Source: Nemertoderma westbladi
Lineage: Eukaryota > Animalia > Xenacoelomorpha
Reading direction: 5' to 3'
DNA length: 64,000 nt
NCBI GenBank assembly: GCA_032718475.1
Contig: JAUCBJ010009097.1
Location: 62,001-126,000 of the forward strand
Part shown: in pieces, positions 48,768 through 61,185 of the stretch
Numbering within the stretch: position 1 is the first letter of the stretch
Layout of the letters: every line of letters starts with the position of its first letter
Program-made: the position numbers and the translations under genes
Notes under the pieces: generated by a model
Seen by the model: the letters and a program-made list of their open reading frames with translations, nothing else
What the model was told of the DNA's origin: nothing
Databases searched by the model: none

Positions 48768-51700
48768 ATGGCGACAAGCACCATAGGAGCGAAGAAAAGG
48801 GGAACGGTACTACTCGGGGTGGTACCGGTGAGGGTAATAGGAGAGGGCGGTCGATCAGTTACTACGTTGATGCTGGTCGACAGCGGAGCAGCCTTCACAT
48901 TGGTGGAGAATTGGGTGGCCGAGAGGATAGGGTTACAGACGAGGCCAAGCAGGATGGCGGTAACTACTATCTCCAGCAAGGATGAGGTCCTGGAGATGAG
49001 GACGGGAAGGTGCGAGATATCAGCAATAGCACCGGGATGTGACTATGGGGCGACCATCGACCCCATCCAGGTAATAGAATCGATCAACATAAACGCCAGG
49101 CGACCAACTAACATCGAGGTCGAGCAATACAGATTCCTGGACGAAATCGATTTCTCGATACCGGAAGTGGACGTCCGGAAGGTATCCATTATAGTGGGGA
49201 TGGACTGTCCGACGGCCCACGAGAGAATACAAACCATCTTCGGAGAGGACAGACAGCGTGATCCAATGGCAGTTCTCACACCATTCGGATGGACGCTTAG
49301 CGGCCCAATCAAAACCAAGATTCCATTTAGGATGTCGGAGACATCGGGGTGCATGTTCGCGGGGACCATGAGAGAGATGGAGGATGAAGGAGCGGAAGAG
49401 CAGCTTAAGAGGCTGTTAAGACAGGACTTCGAAGGATTAAAGGAGGCCGGGGTCGGAACCTCGGTAGAGGATAAACAAGCAATAGAGAGTGTGAAGAGTC
49501 GATGAAGTGCGACGAGGGGCGGTACACCATAGGCATGGTGTGGAAACAACCAAAATTACCGTTACCCGACAATAAAGGGATGGTACTCATGAGGCTTCGC
49601 AAACTGAAGCAAACACTCAAACGGAGCCCCGAGAAGGATGAGTACATCCATAGGACGATAAAGAAGTACGTCGAGAAGGGATGGGCCGTGGAGTTGCCGG
49701 TCGACGAACTGAACACTGGACAGGACCTACTACCTGCCACTTCATGTGGCTCTAGTACCCAAAGAAGGGTAAACTGCGGATGGTGGTTGACGCATCGGCC
49801 AAAACGAATGGCAAGAGCCTAAACGACTATCTGCTGGAGGGCCCCAATATCTACAACTCGGGGATAGAGGTCTTGTTGAGATTTAGGAATGGGAGGCACG
49901 CCTTCACGTGCGACATCGAAGGCATGTTCAACCAAGTCCGTGTGACGGAGGAGGACAGCGACAGCCAGCGCTTCCTATGGTACAACGGCGACGAGGAACC
50001 GTCGGCAATACCGATGTACAAAATGGTGGTGCAGAACATGGGGGCCAAGTCGTCCTCATTTACGACAACTATGGCTGTAAGAGATACGGTAGAGGGGAAA
50101 GAGGGAAAGTATAGTGCCAAAGCGATCGACATGATTCTGACGCGGATTCTATGTAGACGATGGGATGGAATCTGGGAATACGGTTGAAGAAATACTGGAG
50201 ACAGGGCGCGAGGTTCGCGACATCCTGAAAGGATCCGGATTCAACCTGACTAAGTTCCAGTCCAGCTCAGAGGAGTTCATGAGAGCCATAGAAGACAGGC
50301 GGCCAGAGTCGACCATGGACAACCCCACAACAGCCAAGGGACAGGACATGGCGAACAAGAGAGTGGAGTCTCAGCAGAAGGCGCTGGGGATCGTGTGGAA
50401 CTGGGAGACGGATGAGTTCGAGTATCAACTAAGCCAGGAGGGCGCAGAGATCCACACAAAGCGAGGCTATGTATCGTACATAGCAAGGATATACGATCCC
50501 TTAGGCCTAGCATCCCCATTGTTAGTCACGGGGAAGCAGATACTAAAGAAAGTATACAAGTTGAAGGACGAGTGGGATACGGAGGTCCCGGAAGAAATAA
50601 GCAAACAGTGGAGTAAGTGGACGGGGAGTTTAGAACAGATGGGGACATACAGCATGCCATCGCGTGTATTTCCCGGACGGGGACATGACGGACCTGGACC
50701 TACACATGTTCTCCGATGCATCTTTGGAAGCATACGGAGCGGCACTTTATCTGGTACAGCGAAAGGGGGCTCACAAGCCCAGACTTGCATTTAGTAAAGC
50801 GAAGTCGACGCCACCAGATTCAGCGTCAGTCCCGAAACTCGAGTTGACAGCTGCGAGGTTAGGAGTAAGAGCCACAGCCTACTTGATGGACACTATACCC
50901 AATATAGTGGAGACACACTACTGGACGGACTCCATGGTAGTGCTGGGGTGGCTGCATAACGAGAAGACGAGATACCCTATATTCGTCCGAACAGGGTAGA
51001 CGAAATAAGGGCGACGACCGAGCTAGACAGGTGGCATTACTGCCCTACCGACGACAACCCTGCAGATTTGTTATCAAGGGGCGTGGCACGCCACACTTTC
51101 TCAAAGAAGGAAGGGTTGTGGCAACACGGGCCACACTTCCTGAACGATAGATCAGCCTGGCCACCAATGAGGAAGGTGGACCCGGGCTCAGAGGAAGTAG
51201 CACCAGAAGAAGAGGGGGAAGATTCAGAAGGGGAAGAGATATATAGTCAGATGGTGAGGGAGATCAAGGAGGTGCCACCGAAATCAGAAGAGCCATGCGA
51301 CAACCCGACGGATAGGTTACTCAGTTACAGCTCCAGCTGGTATAAGACCAAGAAGTTGGTAGCGTATTGGAGGGCCTACGGGGATTTCCTTAAGGGAGTT
51401 GGCAAGGATGCCAAAAGGAAACCAAACATCGATCTGGAGGGAGCGGCCAAGGCCGTAATACGGTACGAGCAGAGAAAGAACTACGCCGACGAAGTGGATA
51501 GAGTTAGCAAGCAACAACATCTTCGTCGAGACAGCGAGCTCAACACGCTGTCCCCACAGCTAAACGATGACGGGATTCTGGTGATGAACTCCAGAGTGCT
51601 GAACAACAACAGCCTAGTCATCCCACCAAAACCCATAATCATCCCTAACAAATCACCGATAGTCCACCAGATCATTTGGGACGCCCATAAGTCGATATTA

Positions 51701-52600
51701 CATGGAGGCACCAACCAGACTCTCACAGAGATACGGAGCACATTCTGGATCACACAGTTAAGGAAGAAGGTGAAGGCGGTAGTGGGGCAGTGCCAGACCT
51801 GCCGACGGACGAGAAAGGAGAGGGCCGTACAGGAGATGGCGCCATTACCGGCCAATAGAGTGAGACAACACGACCCGCCATTCACGCACTGTGGTGTAGA
51901 CATGTTCGGGCCGATTAAGATTAAGGTGATGCGACACACGGAGAAACGCTACGGCATTATCTTCGTATGCAACAACACGAGGGCAGTAGGAATAGAACTC
52001 GCCCAGGACGCTACGGCATCGGCATTCATTAATGCCTTAGAGAGATTTAGAGACCGCAAAGGGGGAACAATCGCGGTGATTTATTCAGACAATGGGACCA
52101 ACTTCGTGGGAGCGGAGAACGAGTTGGCAGAGGCCTTCGACATCCTAGAGGGAGACGATGTCAGGGCGGCTATGAGGAGGCGGCAAGTGAAGTGGGAAAG
52201 GAGGACGCCGTATGCGCCACATACCTTAGGATGTGTCGAGAGACTTGTGGGAAGTTCTAAGCGTCTAATGACGAAGTTGATGAACACCCACATGGTCACA
52301 GAGGACATACTAAGAACGGTGCTAGCTAAGTGCGAGGGAATCATTAATAGCAGACCGCTATATCCGGAGAATGACGACCCAGAATCACTGGACGTGCTAA
52401 CACCGGGACACTTTCTGATGGAGAGGCCGGCGACCTCATCGACATGCGGGGTGTAGACCCAGATGACATACATTCCCGATCAGAGTTGGAAAGTCGCCAA
52501 GGCGATAAGCGCCGAGTATTGGAGGAGATGGGTAGAGGAATATCTCCCCACATTACACAGGAGGAGTAAGTGGAGAAACACCACTAGGGAGTTGAAGAAA
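48768..52600 (+). pseudogene. pol: pol: aspartic protease, RT, RNase H (Pao peptidase A17 region), integrase; frameshifted
   Basis: LVDSGAAFT; NDYLLEGPNI...LLRFR...CDIEGMFNQV...FYVDD; RIYDPLGL; HMFSDASLEAYGA...PKLELTAA...YWTDS; H2C2 zinc finger; GVDMFGP / YSDNGTNFVGA / VERLV DDE triad; LTPGHFL. Confidence 0.93.
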
Positions 52601-53022
52601 GAGATGACTATATAAATGAAATAAAAGTAAATACTAATTATGGAATCACAAAATAAATAAAAATATATAAATTATCAATAACCAGTGGAGGCTAGCGAGA
52701 GTGGTAGACACTTACCCCGACGAGGACGGAAGAGTCCGGTCGGTGGAAGTGCGGATAGGAGGCAAGATAGGAGCAAAGGACAGGAAGACCTACAGGAGGG
52801 CTGTAGGAAAGTGCTGCCTTCTAGAAGGGGCACCTTAGAGTTTAGTCGTCCAAATGTAGGACTGAGGGGGGTGGGATTGAGGGCGAGACGCCCTTCCCAC
52901 ACAAAATATAAAATAAAAATAAAAAGATAATAAAATTAAAAGGTGAGATAAAATAGAAAGTTAGAAAGTAATAGTAGGTAGTACGTAGTACTAAGTAAGG
53001 AGGCAGATAGAAGTATAGGGAA

Positions 53023-53400
53023 TGTGGTATATAAACATACCACGGGAGTAGGAGGGTATATAGTACCGTTAGAGTTAGAAGCATAGGGAGTGTGGTATAT
53101 AAACATACCACGGGAGTAGGAGGGTACATAGTACCGTTAGAGTTAGAAGTATAGAGAGTGTGGTATATAAACATACCAGGGGAGTAGGAGGGTATATAGT
53201 ACCGCTAGAGTTAGTGGAGTTAGTAGAGTTAGTAGACTTAGTAGAGTTAGTGGAGTTTGTAGAGTTAGTAGAGTTAGTGGAGTTAGTAGAGTTAGTGGAG
53301 TTAGTAGAGTTAGTAGAGTTAGCAGTAAGAGAGCAGAGAGTATGATATAAACATATCATGAGAATAGTAGTAGTAGGGTACGTAGTACCATAGAGGTTGT
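53023..53400 (+). repeat. 68-bp tandem repeats with hairpin and TATATAAA core, followed by (GAGTTAGTA)n
   Basis: Units at 53023, 53091 and 53159, with a degenerate unit near 53340; 9-bp repeat at 53208-53325. Confidence 0.85.
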
Positions 53401-53920
53401 GGACATAGAGAGCGCCACGAAAGAGAGAGGGGGGCACGTGGGTATAGCAGGATAGACCGTGTAGGCCGCACGAGACAGACTACTGTACTGCACAGCCCAT
53501 AGAATAAGTTAGGATGTTTGATACAGGGCCAGGAGGCTACCTGGTACAGACTAGAAAAGTAGAGAATAGCTAGTCTACCCTGTATACAAACTATAGGGGT
53601 TATCTAAGTAAAATAACCCACTATAAGCGGTAATAGCATATTAATAAAAATTAAAATAGTATTAGAGAAAACAATTCCAACAAATTATGGTAACAGTAGG
53701 TGGAAAATTCTAGAACATAATAAAGGTAACTGACAAATTTAGGGAATTTAGGAAAATTGGCACTTTGGGGGGCGTATAGGTAAAAATATAACACAGAACT
53801 AGCATTTTGAGAGAGATAGGCCATTACTGAACCAGTACAGACCATCGTACTGAACGTCACTCATCTACTTGAACCTTGGCAAGGCACCACCAAGCGGGTG
53901 AGCGAGCGAGAGAGTTCGTA

Positions 53921-56470
53921 ATGGCAGAGAGACTAGTCAAGAAGAGAAAGACAGAGAGGAGTGGAAAGGAGATACTAGTAGACTTCACGCAAAGGCATCC
54001 GGAAGAGAAAACGAGGGGATACTACGAGCCATTAGCAAAGGGTCACAAAGCGCGGGCGCTGCAGGACCACTTCAGGGAGATGCACGAGAGGCGACTGGTC
54101 AGGACCTACGGGACACCGTCGCTGGACAACGCGATCCTCGAGCATTTTCGCTACGTGGTGAAGGGAGATGAAGCGAAGTTTAGGATACCAAAGTATCCGA
54201 GAGAACCACTGAGAAAGGACTGGAGGAGGTTTGTAGAGTCCGTAAACAGGGGAGGAAACATGGTCCTAGACGACGAGGGGACTGTGGAGGACGAAGAGGG
54301 TTCGAGAAGAGGGTCGGCGGGGTCGGCCAGAACCATACTACTGCATTTGGCTACACCAAATCGAGACATATTCCTATTCGATCTAGGAACGTACAGCAAG
54401 AAGAGCGGGCCGAAGTTAAACTGGTTGCCAAGGGCGGTGCAAGACCTAGTAAGGGAGAAGACAATGGTGAAGGTGGGATTGGCGATCCACAACGATGCGG
54501 AGAGGATCGTCGGACCGGAGACCCCCAACCTCCTGGACATGCAAGCGGTCTATATGGCCATGACAGGGTCAGACGGGTTGGGATTGGTAGAGAAGACAGG
54601 ACATTGCGGAGCAGTGGTGATGGGCCATCTCATGGGACTCGTCTGCCACAAGCCAATGGACTGGGGTAAGTTCCGGGAGGAGTACGGAGCGGAGCTGGCG
54701 AACTCGCTGAAATGGGGAGCGAGGCCAGGGAAACAGGAGGTGTATCAATTCCGGAGAGGAGCAATAAAGATATATCAGAAGAGATATATCCTACAGGAGG
54801 ATTGGATAATGATAGGTTTACTAAACCTATTCATGGCCGTGGTTATCGGAAGAGAGCCAATGGCGTTTCTGCTATCAGGATCACCCCTGAACTACAGAAG
54901 AGCCTTCATGGTGGCCTTCGAAGGTCTGGTAGACCACCCGGGGCTGAAGGGCGAGTCGGTGTACTACAACAGCCGGCATCAAGTAGACAGGGAGGTGGAT
55001 ACACCATATCAGAGGTGGGAGAAGCTGGAAGCAGATAGAGTTGAGAAGAAGCGACTGGAAGAAGTCGCCAGACGAGAAAGGAGGGAGGCAGACGAAAGAG
55101 AGGCGGAGGCTAGGTGAGAGGATTACGGGTTCGAGGCCTAAAACTTGGACGAGCTGAGGTGGGGATCAGGGAGCTCGGGCGAGTTTCTGGGGGAGGAGCT
55201 AGGATGGACGGAAGAATCGCCGAAACAGTCGACATCAGGATTGCAAGCGATGCCCATGCCAGCGGGCTCTAAGGGCGATTTTGTGAGAAAGGGACCGAGA
55301 GAACAGGAAGGATGGAAAATTACGGGTAGGAGCCATGGCGGAAAGGGACAAAGTGGGTCTGCCGGGATACCGGGTCTGGCTCCACTCCCAGCGGGGGAAG
55401 AGGATGACGATGAGCTCGGGGAGATGCCGCCCATTGAGAGGATCGGCCACTCAGACATGGACTGGGTTGGCGGGAGAGTGGTGACAGCCAGTGGGGCGAG
55501 GGCCTTCTGGGATAAACCCGGCAAGCGGACCTGGGTGCACGAGGAGCCGGCGATGGATTTCGCGGGGAGCATCATCAGGTTGGGTGAGCAACCGGGAACG
55601 GCACCACGGCTAGTATTTGGAGAGACGATGCCAAGGCAGGAGGAGGACGTAGACATGGATAGGGACGTTAACGTCCAGAAGTTTGCTTACCAACGGCTCC
55701 ACAGAGCTAGGAGACCGCTCGGGGCAAAAGATGACTTGGGGCGGGATGCGTTGATACACGGCTGTGATTACTGCGGGAGGCTGACTCACCAGGAAAAGAG
55801 CTGTTTGTATCGATTCCAGAAGGGGACGAGGTGCCTCTACTGCCGCGAGTCGAGCCATCGGATGGGAGTGTGTCCGAGGTTGTACAACCGCTGCTCAAGG
55901 TGTAACTTCCGAGGGCACTATGGGCGCCAGTGAGACTGGATGGATGACGAGGAGAAGTTTAAGATCTTCGAGGAGTGGGCCGACGTCGGCGTTATTACAC
56001 GACAGAGAATGAAGGCCCGGGAGTTCCGGTGGGGTTTCTTCAACATCAATCAGGAAGTCCATCTGGAGATTATTAAGAGGAGACTTCCATTTACATACCA
56101 AGAGGTAGCGACAGCGGCGTCGTATGGAGGAGTCATCAACACGCAGAGGTATTTGGATAGATGGACACCGGAGAACAGAGGAGAGTTTAGAGATTTTCTG
56201 GCGGAGCACGTGCCGCAAACCATGAAAATGATCTTGTGGGACGCTACCAGGGGGAAGCAGGAGGGGCATTCGGAAGGGCCACCTGCAAAGCGTTACCGGG
56301 AGCTAATAACACCAGCGCCCAAAGAATCGACCATGGGAATTAGCAAGGCGGTAACGGCAAGAATGAGGAGTCTCAGAGAGGAGAAGCCAGAGGGAAGGAA
56401 GCGACCCAGACAGGACGATGATAGAGGGAAAGAACTAAGATGGTTCCCGAGGACGGGAGGAGCGAACTAG
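53921..56470 (+). pseudogene. Accessory ORF of the Bel/Pao element: DEDDy-like 3'-5' exonuclease + coiled coil + 3 CCHC zinc knuckles (three premature stops)
   Basis: ORFs 53876..55117, 55145..55933 and 55940..56470 are in one frame. Motifs: VLDDEG, LLHLAT..DIFLFD, LP..VQDLV...VKVGLAIHND, LLDMQ, QKRYILQED; knuckles CDYC-H-C, CLYC-H-C and CSRC-H-(stop). Confidence 0.7.
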
Positions 56471-57197
56471 GACTCAGAGGGGGAGATGTGGGCGTGCCTG
56501 GAAGGCACCACATGTGAAGTAATACGAACTCCTAAGTGCAAAATTAATTAAGTGCAATTAGGATGTACGTATGTAATAATCAATATAATTAGAATATAAT
56601 TATAATGAATATAATCAAAGTAATTACTATAGTCATATATAACCTTTTTCCAACTAACTACTGGGACTGGGGACCAATTGACTATGACAGGAGGACGGGA
56701 GACTAGACGAATCACATTTCTTGAGTGCGACGGCACAAAAGGGGAGGGTGAGGCTCGTCAGGAGTGAGTGGAGTGAAACGTGGGTTGAGTATAGGAGTAT
56801 GAGGGAAGTATGGAGAGGAGGTGTTGACGTCTGTAGAAGCTAGAGGGGTGCAATTCAAATGTGGGGAGCGAGCAGTAAGAGAGAGAGTAAGGGACAATAG
56901 GGTCCATAAGAGATAGAGTAGAGTGACGTTAGAGTGAGTTCAGAGCGAAGTCGTATAAAATTGTGTGAAAAGGAGTCCACAAATTGTCTTGAACAGAGAC
57001 GTCAGATATCTTGGTGCAACATAGTTCGCGATTGCACCAAGGAGGGGTAGCAATATCATACCCAGGGGGGCGGCCTGGAAAGCCGACCCCAAGAAAAGAA
57101 CTCCACCCCACACCCGATATTAGATTGGGTCCCAGCGGTCCCAGCGGCACTTGAGGTTGGTGCTATCTTCTCACCGGGAAGATAGCATGGGGGGGAG

Positions 57198-57852
57198 TGT
57201 AAGCGGATTCAATTCCACTTCATTACCCACCAGAAAATGGGACTAGTGGCATTTTAGCAATATGTTGGAGATACGAGATTACCAATATCAATCTCGTATC
57301 ATAACCAACATTGGGGGGGGGGGGGGGGGTGGGACACAAGCCCCAAAGCCACATACAAAGGTTAGAGGTCAAACCACCTCGGAGGGAAGGCAGCTAGTAG
57401 AGGCTAGCAGCAGAGGGGAAATACTCCCAGAGAGTGCCAAGATGACAAGTAGTATATTAGCCAATAGAGGGGAGGGAAGCACATGATAGGGAACAGGAAA
57501 GCATCTATTGGGTAGAGGGCCAAAGTAGAGTAAGAAGGTGAACCAATATTCAATGTATTAATCATATATTATCCTACAATACTGGTTTACCGGTCAGTCG
57601 TGTTATTCAGTTATTTAGTGCAGACCGGTCATAGTAAATGACCGCCACCGTCATACCGGTAGCAATTTATCTGTATTTCTGCTTATCTCACATTACTGAT
57701 TGTGCTATTATTGCCCATATTTACTAATATCAAAAGACAACAGGAACTTTACTGTTTTCTCAGTCGGCCTCGGCCAAAGCTAACAGCACGATCCCCAGCA
57801 GAACGGTGACGCGTACTTTACCAATCCGGTCGGGATCTCTGATCCCGTCACA
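57198..57852 (+). repeat. 3' LTR
   Basis: TGTAAGCGGATTC...GATCCCGTCACA, preceded by the PPT and followed by the TSD. Confidence 0.92.
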
Positions 57853-58499
57853 GCAGATGATGGCTGCTTTTGCGCAGTCTAGCTGCACTTACGTTGTGTT
57901 AAATCCTCTTTTTATTCCACCTGTCATAATAATTATGCAGTAAAGTAATTTTATTATTTAATAATAATATAATGTCAGATTGTTTGAGAAATGTATGTGT
58001 TTATACTTTATATATGAACGAGAAAGAAATCCATAATGCCAGCCTGCTCCCCTGGCCTGTGCGTGCAGCCAGACACGAACATATTGTTCGGCTAGAAGCT
58101 AGAAGCTCTAGCCAGGTAATCTCTGATTAAATGTAGTGCCAAATGACACCCATAATGTAATTGTAAATCTTTTGAATATACGACGTCTGAGTTCTTTATA
58201 ACACCATGTATATGAATGTCACTAGTACTTACGTTATATTCTTACGGAATATTATTCGCAGTAGGTTTCTAGTTCGAAATCGCGAGAGTAGTACTCTAGG
58301 GTACAACCATACAGCGTTGTCGTGGCTTTTATATGAGTTATTGAATAGTAAATAGAATAAAAAAACCCGCCATTAATTGAGTTTGGTAAATTGAGGAATT
58401 ATAAATTATGTAATTATATTCTTTAATCCAACATATGGAATTAATAATTTATAAAATAGCTAAAATAATTAATTATAAAATGTATATCTACTAATAATT

Positions 58500-59352
58500 A
58501 AAAATGCAGTTAAACGAGTTCGAGGAGGCGAGCTTATATGTTAATAGCTCAGGTGTCGGTCGGGGGTTCTATACTCATGAGGTACAGGGCGCACCTTAAT
58601 ACTGATAAGTTGGTTGGAATTCCAGGGCATTGTGAATAATGTGCGGCCGAGGTAGCGTTACTGTTACATAACCAACAAACACAGTTATCCATGGTCCTCC
58701 AGCAGTTGTGCTTCTTACACAATCGATGATGGCAGCCATTGGCGATTAGCTGGGCTGCGGCTCTGGGGCTTTGCGGCGGAACACAGTTAGGGACACGAGA
58801 TTTATTTCTGCACCATCGCAGTTATCGATTGCGTTTAGTACTGCAGTTGAGGATGAGTACTTACTAATGCCGCACCATAGTTTGTAATAGAAGGCTCTTA
58901 CGCGATGTACATGTTCTAGTTGCGGTATGTTTTCCAGTGAGGTAAAAACGGTGCATCCATATGTTGCTGAGGGGTAGACTACTGAGGTCCATAGCCGCTT
59001 TGTTGAGTCTAGCGATATATGTTACATATTTGCTTTAGTTGCAATACAGATGGAGCTGGCCACACCCTTTTTGTATAAGTGCTGATAGTGCGCGGATGGT
59101 CCATTTTTTGTGGAGAGAATGACGCCTAGGTAGTGAAAAGTGGTTTTGAATTCAAGTTTGGAGCCATTGTAATATAATATGTCCCTTTGAGCTAACCGTC
59201 CACCTTTGCGAAATTTTACAACTTTTGATTTTGATAGGTTGACCGTGAGGTCGTTGACCCGGCAGTAATTAGATAACCTGTCTAGAGCGTCCTGAGTGGT
59301 CTCAATTGAATCCCCAACTATGACAAGATCATCTGCATACATAATAACAAGG
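58500..59352 (-). mobile_element. 5'-truncated LINE fragment (RT C-terminus to 3' end)
   Basis: VIMYADDLVIV...LDRLSNYC...LTVNLSKSKVVKF...FHYLGVIL in ORF 59022..59507. Confidence 0.8.
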
Positions 59353-59493
59353 CAGAGGGCTCCCAGAGGGCTCCCAGAGGGCTCCCATGAGACAGAGGGC
59401 TCCCAGAGGGCTCCCAGAGGGCTCCCATGAGACAGAGGGCTCCCAGAGGGCTCCCAGAGGGCTCCCAGAGGGCTCCCAGAGGGCTCCCATGAG
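59352..59493. repeat. Minisatellite (CAGAGGGCTCC)n with periodic CATGAGA inserts
   Basis: An 11-bp unit repeated about 11 times, abutting the LINE truncation point. Confidence 0.9.
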
Positions 59494-61185
59494 AATGGAT
59501 GGAACATTATATTATAGGAATTATAGGAACATCATTTGTGTATTGAAACATAATAAATTGAAATATATCGCATGTTAATTATACATTAAATTACGTGGGT
59601 GATACTTATTTTTATGTTCACCAATATATTATCAATAAGTTTAGTTACAATAAAATTAAACATAATAATCTATACAATACACTGTTTAAAACACTTGGAC
59701 TTAATTTACGGTATATTTCATTATATACGGTTAAAAAATGTAAATGATAATAATATTAATTTATTACATTAAACAGTTCGAAAGTTGATAATGTGAGATA
59801 ATCAAAAACTTTATATGTGATTGGTTGATAATACATGACAATCTAAGAGTTTTCAATTACTATTGGTTCTGGTAGTTGTCCAGGTAAGTTATTTTGGTTG
59901 TCAACATTTTTTCCAATTAAATAATAGGTCATAAGTTCACCCTTTCCTTTCACCATTACTTTTCCACGTTGCTCGAAAATAAAACCGTAAATCTCCAACA
60001 AATTCTTGGTTTTCTCCACAACCTATAAGATAAACAATATTGAATTCGCAAGAAATATTTGATGATTTAAAATAAGCAATGAAATATTTAATGTGGATCA
60101 TATTTAATACATCTACCAACTCAATATTTGACACAGTGATAATTGTTGTAATAGGGATTACAAACTGCATATTTCGATATGAAAACTTTAATTATCGTGG
60201 CGTGACGCCGCTCTTAAATTCGCACAGGAGATAGTAGTAGTAACCGTATTTTAAGCCCGCTTACTTTCGTGGATCGCCCCACAAGTAGTACCTGTACCAG
60301 TACATAATTTACATATGTAGTACTAATCACACAATCATCCACTTCCACTCCTTTGCTGACTTTTCCTGAGTCTAACTACTCTACTATATCCTAATGCAGT
60401 CCCCAGCTAATATATCCTAATGATAGCCCAAAAAATTTAGAAATTCAACACACCTATTAAATAATGAAAAAATGTGTACAAAATGGCATGATCAATATCA
60501 CTATGCTTTAATTTTAATGGAACTAGATCCACAGCTAGTAGTGCGAACTTTAGAATTATGATATGGAGGCGCCAGCAGGTTGAACAATTATAGAAAATGG
60601 TATTAGTAATAAATAGTGAGTAGTTTTAAAATTTTCAACTGCTCATGTAAAAAAAAAAGCGAATTTTACGCATATGCCCAACCCAGATGCCTGTATGCCC
60701 TTGGTGAATGCGTATTTTTGTGGTCAAACTGGGCTATTCTGTGGTCGTTTTCGGCCAAATTATTCCTCAACTGGCAGGAAACTGTATTACTGTATTACAT
60801 CAGTTGCACCATCAGACTCAGTCTGTTCAAACTGACACTTAGGTTTGGAAGGACATTGACCAGTCTGCGTTTCTCCAGTCTGCTGCTAGAGGGCGAAATG
60901 ATACTTTGTAGTTATCTACGACAGCATAGTTTGTATCTGTACGGAGTCGCAGTGTCGACTGCAGTTCGCCGCTAGATGGCAAAATATCTGAAAGTGAACA
61001 TCTTCTCCAACTATGATATTTACAATCCATTTAGACTGAAAATTGCTATCATCTACTACAGCATAGGTGGTATCTTTACAGAAATGCAGCGCCGTGTGCA
61101 TTACACCAATATGCAGGTAGAGTGTGAAATTTCTGAAAGTTAACATTTTCTCGAACTTTTGTTATTTACTTACAATTGCTGTTAA

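Larger units (their letters stand above)
44011..57852 (+). mobile_element. Near-full-length Bel/Pao LTR retrotransposon (family B), 13.8 kb, with an accessory ORF
   Basis: TG...CA LTRs at 44011-44659 and 57198-57852; 5-bp TSD GCAGA (44006-44010 and 57853-57857); PPT GGGGGGGAG before the 3' LTR; domain order gag-PR-RT-RH-IN. Confidence 0.95.

Noticed and set aside
53023-53230. Mini CRISPR-like repeat array
   Set aside because: The intervening sequences are also repeated; it is a plain 68-bp tandem repeat.
53208-53325. Telomeric repeat
   Set aside because: The unit is the 9-bp GAGTTAGTA, not TTAGG or TTAGGG, and it lies inside a retroelement UTR.
55115-55933. Programmed readthrough or selenocysteine at the in-frame stops
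   Set aside because: The stops are mixed (TGA, TAA, TGA) and each is one substitution from CGA, CAA or TGY; pol in the same copy is also decayed.
53876-56470. Envelope gene in the env position
   Set aside because: No signal peptide, no clear TM anchor or fusion-glycoprotein Cys pattern; the motifs fit an exonuclease plus zinc knuckles.
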